A DNA stretch of 63,955 nucleotides, the filler included, from Octopus bimaculoides (lineage: Eukaryota), in assembly GCF_001194135.2 (NCBI RefSeq). It is 9 parts of 9 records of this genome, joined end to end, with 100 filler letters (N's around TTAATTAATTAA, not from the genome) between each part and the next. Parts side by side here need not be neighbours in the genome. Positions count along the whole stretch, not along the records: positions 22,114 to 33,282 come from NC_068989.1; positions 33,383 to 53,379 come from NC_068992.1; 7 more parts are not named here. The stretch is one strand, 5' to 3'. This document shows, in pieces, positions 24,506 through 36,503 of this stretch. Within the stretch, counting starts at the first letter, position 1. Each line of letters opens with the position of its first letter. The notes below the pieces were generated by a model. It saw only the letters and a program-made list of their open reading frames with translations, searched no databases and had not been told where the DNA came from. A program made the position numbers and the translations under genes.

Positions 24506-25987
24506 GACATATATTAACATATATATATATGAGCCTTATATTTATCTATATATATGTGTGTGTGTATACACACGCATACACACAGGGAGGGAAAGGTATC
24601 ATATGTCAATTAAAGGATGTAGACCAATGGGTGATTGGTGGTGCGGGTGGGGGTGCGGCACTGTTTATATCAAACGTCAGATCTGGTTGAAGGTGCCACC
24701 CCGATGTAATGTTATTGTTTCACCTTATTTATCAGTGTCAGCACTGCCCTACCCTTTTCCCTATCCCGTTCGCAACACCCTCACCCCCGTCGCTCGACCA
24801 CCTCATCCCACCACCCCTTCATCCTTTTACTAACCACAGTCCAGTTATCACCCCTCGACCTCTATATTCGCCGCCATATCGTACCACGTGACTACGAGTG
24901 TGGTCGTAGTTACCATACTATCAAACATCACCATCGCAACACAAACATTATCAAACTCGACACCAATGCCAAAGAAACTTTACCACAGCCGCCGNNNNNN
25001 NNNNNNNNNNNNNNNNNNNNNNNNNNNNNNNNNNNNNNNNNNNNNNNNNNNNNNNNNNNNNNNNNNNNNNNNNNNNNNNNNNNNNNNNNNNNNNNNNNNN
25101 NNNNNNNNNNNNNNNNNNNNNNNNNNNNNNNNNNNNNNNNNNNNNNNNNNNNNNNNNNNNNNNNNNNNNNNNNNNNNNNNNNNNNNNNNNNNNNNNNNNN
25201 NNNNNNNNNNNNNNNNNNNNNNNNNNNNNNNNNNNNNNNNNNNNNNNNNNNNNNNNNNNNNNNNNNNNNNNNNNNNNNNNNNNNNNNNNNNNNNNNNNNN
25301 NNNNNNNNNNNNNNNNNNNNNNNNNNNNNNNNNNNNNNNNNNNNNNNNNNNNNNNNNNNNNNNNNNNNNNNNNNNNNNNNNNNNNNNNNNNNNNNNNNNN
25401 NNNNNNNNNNNNNNNNNNNNNNNNNNNNNNNNNNNNNNNNNNNNNNNNNNNNNNNNNNNNNNNNNNNNNNNNNNNNNNNNNNNNNNNNNNNNNNNNNNNN
25501 NNNNNNNNNNNNNNNNNNNNNNNNNNNNNNNNNNNNNNNNNNNNNNNNNNNNNNNNNNNNNNNNNNNNNNNNNNNNNNNNNNNNNNNNNNNNNNNNNNNN
25601 NNNNNNNNNNNNNNNNNNNNNNNNNNNNNNNNNNNNNNNNNNNNNNNNNNNNNNNNNNNNNNNNNNNNNNNNNNNNNNNNNNNNNNNNNNNNNNNNNNNN
25701 NNNNNNNNNNNNNNNNNNNNNNNNNNNNNNNNNNNNNNNNNNNNNNNNNNNNNNNNNNNNNNNNNNNNNNNNNNNNNNNNNNNNNNNNNNNNNNNNNNNN
25801 NNNNNNNNNNNNNNNNNNNNNNNNNNNNNNNNNNNNNNNNNNNNNNNNNNNNNNNNNNNNNNNNNNNNNNNNNNNNNNNNNNNNNNNNNNNNNNNNNNNN
25901 NNNNNNNNNNNNNNNNNNNTGTTTTGCATTTATGATAAAATAAATATATACAAATTATAATGAATAATAATAATGAAAATATACAGT

Positions 25988-26075
25988 ACAGTACTGTTTC
26001 TATTTCGCGGATTTTCACCTATCGCGGGAGGCGGGGTTAGAATGTAACACCCGCGATAATCGAGGGATTACTGTA
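25988..26075. mobile_element. Tigger/pogo-like MITE remnant
   Basis: Right end cccgcgataatcgagggattactg+ta; degenerate left end tacagtac...ttcgcgg; internal ggattttcacctatcgcggg. Confidence 0.7.
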
Positions 26076-26139
26076 TCATTTATTCTGTACCAATATTGTT
26101 ATACCATGCGGCCAGTGTTCTCCAACTCCCACCGTGAAT

Positions 26140-26465
26140 ACTTGTAGCTTAGTGGTTAGGGGGTATTCGGATCACTATCGTTTGGTCGTGAGTTCGATAC
26201 TCGGCGGGCGCATTGTGTTCTTCAGCAAGACACTTTGTTCCACATCGCTCCATTCCACTCAGGTGGTAAAAATGAGTTGTACCTGTAATTTGAAGGAGCA
26301 GCCTTGTTACAATTCTGTGCCTCGCTGAAACTCCTTGCGAGCCACGTCAAAGTGACGCGAGTCTGTGGAGCCCTCAGCCACTTGCGCATAAATTTCACGA
26401 GCAGGCTGTTGTTCCGTTAATCGGATCAACTGGAACGTTTGTCGTCGTAACCGACGGAGGGCCAG
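26140..26465 (+). mobile_element. SINE family C copy
   Basis: Head gtagcttagtggttagg...gagttcgatactc, CORE-like middle, tail ccgttaatcggatcaactggaac...gtcgtaaccgacggag. Confidence 0.8.
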
Positions 26466-26669
26466 TTCTTCCCCAGCTACAGCAGTCTTTCTGTCCACCA
26501 CAAATCCATTTGTCTACTACAGATCTGTTCTACTATCATATTCTTGCTTACTGCAGATACAGAACCGATTTTCCGGACACTGATGATCCGGAACTCATTA
26601 CAGACCACATTAATTAACACTAATTGTACAGATATTTCATTTAATTCCTTTATTTTTTCTTTTACACCT

Positions 26670-26895
26670 TTACTTCTTTCAGTCATTTAACTGTGGCCAT
26701 GCTGGAATACCACATTTAGTTGAACAAGTCGACCCCAGGACTTATTCTTTGTAAGCCTAGTACTTATTCTATCGGTCTCTTTTGCTGAACCGCTAAAGAA
26801 CGGAGACGTAAACGCACCAGCATCGATGCTGGGGTGGACAAACACAGACATACAAACACAAACACATACATATACATATATACGACTGGCTTCTT
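26670..26895 (-). mobile_element. 3' half of SINE family A
   Basis: Reverse complement of the tail and middle of the 55701-56074 copy. Confidence 0.8.
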
Positions 26896-26975
26896 CACTC
26901 CCACCACTGCCACTCCTACTGCCACGGCAACGATTGTACCCCATTGCTATCTGTCTGTCTGTCTGTCTGTCTGCC

Positions 26976-27019
<44 letters not shown>

Positions 27020-27205
27020 GCTCGCTCTCTCTCTCTCCTATTACCATCAAAGTTTTTATCCTTGCTTTCGCCAAAGTATCTTTCCCGCCATCCTTACATT
27101 CTGGTCCAGCTACCGTTATATTATGCACTAGCACCAGCACCAGTACCAGCACCAGTACCACCACCACTACTACCACCACAACGACGACGACGACCACCAC
27201 CACCA

Positions 27206-27262
27206 CCGCCAACTACGCCCTCCACCGCCAACTACGCCCTCCACCGCCAACTACGCCCTCCA
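27206..27262. repeat. 19-bp tandem repeat (ccgccaactacgccctcca)x3 running into a gap
   Basis: aactacgccc begins at 27211, 27230 and 27249. Confidence 0.9.
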
Positions 27263-27999
27263 NNNNNNNNNNNNNNNNNNNNNNNNNNNNNNNNNNNNNN
27301 NNNNNNNNNNNNNNNNNNNNNNNNNNNNNNNNNNNNNNNNNNNNNNNNNNNNNNNNNNNNNNNNNNNNNNNNNNNNNNNNNNNNNNNNNNNNNNNNNNNN
27401 NNNNNNNNNNNNNNNNNNNNNNNNNNNNNNNNNNNNNNNNNNNNNNNNNNNNNNNNNNNNNNNNNNNNNNNNNNNNNNNNNNNNNNNNNNNNNNNNNNNN
27501 NNNNNNNNNNNNNNNNNNNNNNNNNNNNNNNNNNNNNNNNNNNNNNNNNNNNNNNNNNNNNNNNNNNNNNNNNNNNNNNNNNNNNNNNNNNNNNNNNNNN
27601 NNNNNNNNNNNNNNNNNNNNNNNNNNNNNNNNNNNNNNNNNNNNNNNNNNNNNNNNNNNNNNNNNNNNNNNNNNNNNNNNNNNNNNNNNNNNNNNNNNNN
27701 NNNNNNNNNNNNNNNNNNNNNNNNNNNNNNNNNNNNNNNNNNNNNNNNNNNNNNNNNNNNNNNNNNNNNNNNNNNNNNNNNNNNNNNNNNNNNNNNNNNN
27801 NNNNNNNNNNNNNNNNNNNNNNNNNTTTAAACAAACATGGTGTCGCCACTGATAAATATGCACATCACGTGACAAACTGTCCCCCCTCCCCCTCTCTCTC
27901 TGTACTTGTTGTTGTGGCTGCTATTCTCGTCGTTATTGTTGTTATAAAGTTTATTGTACTTTGGGTATTTAGTGAGGCTGTAGGAAACTATCTTTTGCT

Positions 28000-28370
28000 C
28001 TTTTACTTGTTTCAGTAATTTGACAGCGGCCATGCTGGAGCACCGCCTTCAGTCGGAGTAATCGACCCCAGGACTTATTATTCTTTGTAAGCCTAGTACT
28101 TATTCTATCGGTCTTTCTTGCCGAACCGTTACGTTACGGGGACGTAAACACACCAAAATTGGTTGTCAAGCGATGGTGGAGGGACAAACACAGACACACA
28201 CACTCACATATATGTGGGCTTCTTTCGGTTTCCGTCTCCCAAATCCACTCCCAAGGCTTTGGTCGGCCCGAGGCTACAGTAGAAGACACTTACCCAAGGT
28301 GCCATGCAGTGGGACTGAACCCGGAACCATGTGGTTGGGAAGCATGGTTCTTACCACACAGCCGCTCTCT
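28000..28370 (-). mobile_element. Near full-length SINE family A (tRNA-like head, CORE-like ccttgggcaagtgtctt, internal microsatellite, gactgaaacaagtaaaaga tail)
   Basis: Reverse-complement match to 55701-56074. Confidence 0.85.
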
Positions 28371-28404
28371 GTTGATGTATTAATAGTATCTTCTTTTTTT
28401 TTAT

Positions 28405-28952
28405 TTATCTTTTCCTTGTTTCAGTCATTAGACTGCGGCCATGCTGGAGCACCACCTTGAAGAATTCTTCGAATGAATTGACACCAGTACTTACTTTCTT
28501 TAAAGCCTCATAGTATTCTATCGGTCTTATTTGCCGAACCGTCAAGTTACGGGGACGTAAACATACCAACAACAGTTATCCAGCGGCGGTAGGACACACA
28601 TACACACACACGCGTACACTCACGTGCGCGCGCACGCACACACACGCAGACACAGACACATGGACTTCTTTCAGTTTCCGTCCAGCAAATCCTCTCACAA
28701 GGCTTTGGTCTACAAGAGTTGAAATCGACTACGGATGCAGTAACCTCACGCACGGGTATTTCTGGCATTTGGCCGTAGTCTAGTGACTGAAACAAGTAAA
28801 AGAATATATATATAGATATAGACTTGGATTGGTTGTGTGGTATGAAGTTTGCTTCCCAACCACATGTTTGCGGGTTCAGTCCCACTGCGTGGCACCATGG
28901 GCAAGTGTCTTCTACTATAGCCTCGGACCGACCAAAGCCTTGTGAGTCGATT
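28405..28952. mobile_element. Cluster of family A SINE pieces in both orientations
   Basis: 28405-28720 minus-strand tail/middle; 28769-28806 plus-strand tail; 28825-28952 plus-strand head. Confidence 0.8.
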
Positions 28953-29745
28953 TATATATATATATATATATGTATATGTATATATAAATATATAAATATA
29001 TATATATGTATATATATGTATATATGTATGTATATGTATGTGTGTATATATCTGTATATGGTCGTGTTTGTGCGCATGTGTGTAATAAAAGGCGGGTAAG
29101 TTGTGAACGAAGTGATTAGATCCATGCATAAATGCTGAGAAGGAGGAGTGGGAGGATACAACTCTGCCCGTCCTCTTCTGCGCCTCCCCCTCTTCCTCCG
29201 ATTTGTGGAGTGGATTAACCACATGCAGAGTGGATTAGTTTGATGGAGATGAACGACGAAGAACGAAGGGACATACCCCACTCACAGCAGCTTTTGACAT
29301 TGCAAGCACATGCGAAACATCGAGGAGAAGCCACCATTTGTAATACACTAAGTGGATCAGTCACACACGAGTGAACCAATTACAATTAAATTTAACAAGA
29401 AGTGTAACCCACAGGAGGTCCTCTGAAGTTTTAAACTGAGATTTACCGAAGAATCATTTCATTAATTAAATACCAGAAGCGTTTAACCAACCGCGGTTGA
29501 TAGCGTTCTCGCCAAGAATTCTATCTTAGCGACCAACTAATCCTGTCTCGTTGTTCGCGCTCATACTCACATCAGGAGGATATCGCCGGGTAATATACAA
29601 TATACAATATCATGTGGCATGGCCAAACAAGCGTCAGACAAGATTGACTGGAATATTATAGTAGGAGCTTTTTTGCTCTGAAGATAAGGATATTCATGCC
29701 ATGTGAGAGTGAAGCGTGACGGTAAAAATACATCACTTGTTTCAG

Positions 29746-29839
29746 GAAAGCCAGAACGAAACACGAGGTAAATGCAAGGCAAATCACAAGATTTATGATT
29801 TGCCTTGCATTTACTTCGCATTGTTCTGGCCTTACCCAC
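29746..29839 (+). ncRNA. Candidate pri-miRNA hairpin
   Basis: Perfect 19-bp stem gtaaatgcaaggcaaatca/tgatttgccttgcatttac, 9-nt loop, extension with G-U pairs, lower stem gccagaac/gttctggc, and CCAC (CNNC) at 29836-29839. Confidence 0.5.
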
Positions 29840-30344
29840 GATCCTTTATACAATATATATATATAGATATATATATATATATAATGCAATATANNNNNNN
29901 NNNNNNNNNNNNNNNNNNNNNNNNNNNNNNNNNNNNNNNNNNNNNNNNNNNNNNNNNNNNNNNNNNNNNNNNNNNNNNNNNNNNNNNNNNNNNNNNNNNN
30001 NNNNNNNNNNNNNNNNNNNNNNNNNNNNNNNNNNNNNNNNNNNNNNNNNNNNNNNNNNNNNNNNNNNNNNNNNNNNNNNNNNNNNNNNNNNNNNNNNNNN
30101 NNNNNNNNNNNNNNNNNNNNNNNNNNNNNNNNNNNNNNNNNNNNNNNNNNNNNNNNNNNNNNNNNNNNNNNNNNNNNNNNNNNNNNNNNNNNNNNNNNNN
30201 NNNNNNNNNNNNNNNNNNNNNNNNNNNNNNNNNNNNNNNNNNNNNNNNNNNNNNNNNNNNNNNNNNNNNNNNNTATATATGTATGTATATATGTATATAT
30301 ATATATATATATACACGCACATACATATACTCTTTACTCTTTTA

Positions 30345-31805
30345 CTTGTCGAGTGAACATTTGAATTATATGGGATCCGTTTCCGTTTTGACATATTTTG
30401 GTATGGTATTAAAGAGGTAAAGTTTGAGGTAAAGTAATTGTGATGTAATGTTGCTATGTGTCCTGAGTTCGATTTTTATAGTGGGCGGATAGCACGGGGG
30501 CCAAGTCTTGGATGGATTTTAAAATTGATGCCAACATCATTTGTGCAATATTGATGGAATATTTTCCACATAACACAAATGATGTAGCGCTCCCGGCAGC
30601 GTTGGAGAAAGTGGAGATCGAATTTTTTTTAGTCGACCCCAATAGTCAATGCCTCTCATGCTGTCTATCTTTCTTGTTATGGACCTCTGGAGTGCTTCTA
30701 CTTTCATAATGAGTTCTTTCGTATGGAGGGACCACAGTGGGCAACAGTATTCAAGGTGGGGTCGGGCAAAAATAGAGAAGGATGATGGTGTAGGCATCTC
30801 TAGACCGGAAAGTTCTCAGAATCCAGGAGCACATCCCGCAGGCCAAGTCAACCTTGCTGTTTACGTGGGAACTCCAGCTTAGATTGTTATTAACGATTAC
30901 CCGAAGGTCTCTGGTGTTATTGGAGGACACTAGGGAGTCGCTCGAGGGAAGAGCATATGGTAATTTCAGAGTATCCTCTTTTCCAAAGTGGATCAAATCA
31001 AACTTATCTTCATTTAGAAGTATATTGTTTATTTCCGCCCATTGGACAACAGCAAACAGATCTGACTGAAGGCATGTTCCGTCTCTCATGCCGTTTATGG
31101 CTTTTTAGAGTTTGGAATCATTTGCACAGATTTTCAGTATAGAATATTTGATGACGTCTACTATGTCATTGATGTAGATAATGAAGAGGAGTGGGCCCAA
31201 AAGAGTACCTTGTGGGACACCACTACTGACTTTAGCTGAGCTGGATCGTATTCCCTCAAACACAACATGTTGGGTTCTGTTCGTCAGGAAACATTTTATC
31301 CACTGCAGCAGCTTTCCATGGATTCCAATGTTGGACAGTTTCTTCAGCAGGATTTTGTGGTCCACTCTGTCAAATGCCTTGCTGAAATCAAGGTGTGTAA
31401 TGTCAGTGTTGGAGCCCTCTTCCAACGCTTTTAAGATGTCATCAAAATGGCGCAGAAGCTGCGACAGGCAGTCCCTGCCGTCACGGAAACCATGCTGGTT
31501 GGGGTTCAGCATATTGTTGTCTTCGAGGAAGTGAGTTATTCGTGATCCCACCACCCTCTCAAATACTTTAATGATATGAGAAGTGAGTGAAATCGGATGG
31601 TAGTTCACTGCAAGATATTTGTTTCCCATTTTGAAGACTGGAACGACAAACTGGGAAAGAAAATGGTCAGGAATGTAGCCTGCATGAAGTAAGTTTCTCC
31701 AGAGCTCAGCTAGAGGGGGTGCAATTTGATGTCGACACATCTTCAGGACAGTGGTCGGGAGCTCATCGGGACCTACTGCCGAGTTGTACTTGATCTTAAC
31801 TATTT
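30345..31805 (-). mobile_element. CR1-clade LINE, 5'-truncated RT pseudogene
   Basis: SAVGPD, NYHPISLTSHIIKVFER, QHGFR, LDFSKAFDRVDH, GVPQGTLLGPLLF, CANDSKL (decayed YADD), RPHLEYC...LFNTIPKYVKTETDPI*FKCSLDK; stops and frameshifts present. Confidence 0.95.
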
Positions 31806-31813
31806 CTATTAGA

Positions 31814-32147
<334 letters not shown>

Positions 32148-32768
32148 AGCAATGAAAATGGCACGAAGGCTTTCAGAATTATATTTGGTTTCACTTGAAA
32201 AAAATCATGGCAAAGTCACGTACTAAATTATGTTTTAATGTGCTATAGTTTGTGTAGGTGTAATACATATACAGAGTATACAGTGTGTCAAGAAGAACAG
32301 AGAGCAACAATGAGAGCGCGCGTGAGAAGGAGAAAGATAGTGGGGACAAAAGAAAGAAAGAAAGACAGACATAAATAAAAAAGAGAATAGAGGCGAGGGT
32401 AACTATGAGATGAGAAGAATGGAAAGCCCAACGATGAAAGAAGTGGCGAAAAATCTTATAAAAGAAAAACCAGAATCTGCTGCTGGGTCGGATTCGACCA
32501 GTTTCTGAGAATGTATTTGCACTTATGAAGGTACTGCTCTTGGGTTCAGGAAGACCCCCAGATGAAAGGAATTCTACACGATCGTGCGCTTAACTACAGG
32601 TGTTTTGACAACAAACAAGATGAAGACAAATATCCGTCAAATGTAAATAATGTAAATGATGTACATAATTCCTCATCTCTTAAATATAGAACAGAATTTG
32701 TAATGTTTCTCACTTTGATCCAGTGTTCCACTTTACGGAGGAATAAAGACCCAGTGTTATTATTTAAA

Positions 32769-32829
<61 letters not shown>

Positions 32830-33382
32830 GTTGTTGTTGGTTTCTTATGTTACTTCTACGAATGCACACGCAAAATATATGATTCTTCAGTAAAATCAAG
32901 GGAGACTTTAAACCTTCGTAAAAATTCTTACAGAAGCGTAACTCATTAAGGCTCAGTCAACCGAATCTGAATGAACTGGGTTTCTGTAAGGAACCTACAA
33001 AACTTTAAGTCACGTGTGGCCGAATCAAACTGTTTAAAAATAACATAAGTAACTCCTGTTGAATGTGTTGAGCACCTTTTTGCTTTTGTTTGGCCGTTCA
33101 CTCGTATATGTATACATGGTGGATGTGGGTTGGGTGTGTGATTTTGTGTATGTATGTATGTATGTATGTATGTATGTATGTATGTATGTATGTATGTATA
33201 TATAATCTATATTTATGTAAATTTGTCTATAAACATCCATATATATATTTATATGTATGTCGATGTCTATGTCTATATATATNNNNNNNNNNNNNNNNNN
33301 NNNNNNNNNNNNNNNNNNNNNNNNNNTTAATTAATTAANNNNNNNNNNNNNNNNNNNNNNNNNNNNNNNNNNNNNNNNNNNN

Positions 33383-33425
<43 letters not shown>

Positions 33426-34605
33426 CACCCGGGATTTTTACACTTATATATATGCACCCCTGAATGAATAGTCATACAAATGCATATATGCATGTTAATG
33501 TTAATTGTGTGCATGTATGTAATTATCGTGCAAATAACTACATAATTGTATGAACAGGCACACATATGTATGCACACATGCTCACTGCTAGACATGCATG
33601 TGTTTATACATACATGAATTCACATACATACATGTCAAGATATAATTATCAACACACACGTATTTACATGCTTGCATGTAGTCATGTGTATATGCATGTA
33701 TTTGCATATTATATAATACATATCATTCTATGTAGATATATATACAAATATGTGTATGTGTATATATTTTTTATGTAGGCTTCCATATTTATATGCATGT
33801 ACATTTGTGTATATAAGTGCATATAAACATATACTTTAGCATATACATGCACACACATAAATGTGTATATGTACAGATTGTCTAAACTTTCATATACACG
33901 TAGAGGGTGTACGTGTGTGTGTGTGTGTGTGTGTAGAAAGGAGAGGTGGATGTGAGTGTGCAAGAGAAACATAGATGGAGGTATTTATTAGAAATGTTGA
34001 ACAATCGAGTACAGCAGAGCGCTGGAGTTGATTAATACAAGATGGAGAGAAAATTGTTTAATAATAAATTAAATATGAATAGGCAAAGATATAATTAAGA
34101 TATTTGACGCTTGTAATGAGCTCGTTAACACAGATGAAGGAACTAATAACTTCTCATGTGTGTGGGTATGTGTACGTGAGAAGGGACACTTTCTGTGATT
34201 GTAATGGTGTGTATGTGTGTGTGTATTATTGTGTGACTACTTCCATACTGCTATGGTGTGTGTCTGAAATAAACTTTCTTTCTGTTTGCGTGTATATTTG
34301 TAATTATGTATGTGTGTGTATGAGTGCTGGGGAACAACTTCTTTGTATTGCTGTGAATGTGTATATGTGTGTGCGCATGGCATTATCTTTACAAAGTCAG
34401 CCTTTTATCTAGGCAAGAGGATGTTTTAATGTGTATGAATAGTATTTCTAAATGTTCAGCATCTATTGATATAATAAATATATGTGTGTGTGTGTATGTA
34501 TTTATGCGGCACTGATAAAAATAATATCTTCTAATGTAATTCATGGTTATGGTACTTGTGTATGTGTGTGTGTGTGCGTGCACATGCATGTGTGTATGTG
34601 TGTAT

Positions 34606-34636
<31 letters not shown>

Positions 34637-35100
34637 CGTGTGTGTGTGTGTGTGTTTTTTGTGTGTACAGCATTGTAAGTAATTAGTAAAATCTGTCTCT
34701 GATAGATTTACAAACAAAAATGAATTAAAAAATAATAATTCTTAGAAAGGAAGAATATATCCTAACTGGATTATCTGAGGGTAAAGTAAACATTTTTAGT
34801 TTATATGAAGAGAGGAAATCTCTGAGTGTAGTGTTTATTGATGATAAAATATTTGTTGAAGATATAGACTGTGGTGACTGTCTAGATAAACACAGCCTTG
34901 GGGGAGTGGGCAGTCAAGTACAGTCTTCATATAGATCAATGTTCCACCAACTGTGTGATGTGGCTGTCTATCAGGTCAACTATATGTATGTGTATATGAA
35001 TGTGAGTTTATTCCTTGCTAGTGACCATTGAACCATTAGTGGGCCGCTGACCACCACTATGATGGGTTGTGTTTCTCTTGATACTTACTATATATATACT

Positions 35101-35124
<24 letters not shown>

Positions 35125-35135
<11 letters not shown>

Positions 35136-35699
35136 AAGAAATTGATATTAATCAATTAAAACCAGTGGTCTAGCATATTAAAAAAATCCGAAGATTAAAA
35201 TTAAATTACATACAAAAATAAGAGGAATGACCAGCAAAAGTGGACTCCTATATGCTAGAAATAGATGCCGAATCATCTAACCACGAAGAAATATGTTCTC
35301 AGTAAAAAATTAGCGATACAACAGACTGTAAAAGGGCAAGACNNNNNNNNNNNNNNNNNNNNNNNNNNNNNNNNNNNNNNNNNNNNNNNNNNNNNNNNNN
35401 NNNNNNNNNNNNNNNNNNNNNNNNNNNNNNNNNNNNNNNNNNNNNNNNNNNNNNNNNNNNNNNNNNNNNNNNNNNNNNNNNNNNNNNNNNNNNNNNNNNN
35501 NNNNNNNNNNNNNNNNNNNNNNNNNNNNNNNNNNNNNNNNNNNNNNNNNNNNNNNNNNNNNNNNNNNNNNNNNNNNNNNNNNNNTATTTAAAATTTATTA
35601 TTTTTGTATATAATATAATTTTAATCTTCGGATTTTTTTAATATGCTAGACCACTGGTTTTAATTGATTAATATCAATTTCTACCCTTATTAATAAATT
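35125..35699. mobile_element. Fold-back element, about 97-bp arms spanning a gap
   Basis: aattgatattaatcaattaaaaccagtggtctagcatattaaaaaaatccgaagattaaaatt (left) has a near-exact inverse at 35598-35699, with a 5-bp indel. Confidence 0.8.
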
Positions 35700-35754
35700 T
35701 TAAATAATGATATTCTCAAACCGGTAAATTATCTGCAAAAATTTATTAACTGCA

Positions 35755-35952
35755 GAGTTATTTCCGGCCTTAGCGCGCCAGATTGAAGACATTTGAGGGG
35801 ATACACTGAATGTAAATTGTAGAACTCTACACGTGCTCCATTTCGGGTGGACCTCTTATGTCTAGTTCTAGAAATTATATTTTTAAATCGACAGACTACG
35901 CTGATAATCCTGCAGATATTTACTTACGTAAATTTTAACTGGTGAAACCATG
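35755..35952 (+). promoter_or_regulatory. Candidate promoter and first exon
   Basis: CpG-enriched patch with ETS-like ATTTCCGG (35760), tagcgcgcca and CACGTG (35830); ends aaaccATG followed by GTACGT and a T-rich tract. Confidence 0.45.
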
Positions 35953-36503
35953 GTACGTAGGTTAAACGTTTTTTTAGTTTTTTTTTAGTATTTTTTCATA
36001 TATACACACACTTGCATGTGTGCACACAATCGCGTTCACGCACATACATATATGTAGATACATAGATATATATATTGATGTATACACACACATTTGCACG
36101 TACACCTATGTGCAGAAAACATGAGTCAATCCTTTGGTAGAAGACACACACCCAAAGTGCTGCACCAAGATTAAACCAAGAACCCAACCTTCTTAAACAT
36201 TCAGCCATACCTGCACCTTCCCTTAAACTACATCAAGAGATTCACATTGTAATGTTATCTGAAGATGAAGTTAATATGAAATCTTTATTTTACCCAAATT
36301 TAATAAAGTGTACTTTTTTAAGTGTACTTCACAATTTTGTGTTCTTGAGAAAAATAACAAAATGAATATGCTTATTTTGAAAACTTTCAACAAGTTACCA
36401 TTGATGTTGTATCCAGGTTTTTGATGACACAAGAGTCAGATATTCTACTCTATATCTTCAGCAACCTAATTATGCTCAAACATTACAAGAGACCAAAGAC
36501 TGA
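35950..36503 (+). CDS. Candidate two-exon small ORF, 29 aa (MVFDDTRVRYSTLYLQQPNYAQTLQETKD)
   Basis: ATG 35950-35952 in strong Kozak context; donor GTACGT at 35953; acceptor ttgatgttgtatccAG at 36416; in-frame exon 36417-36503 ending TGA. No homolog recognised. Confidence 0.3.
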
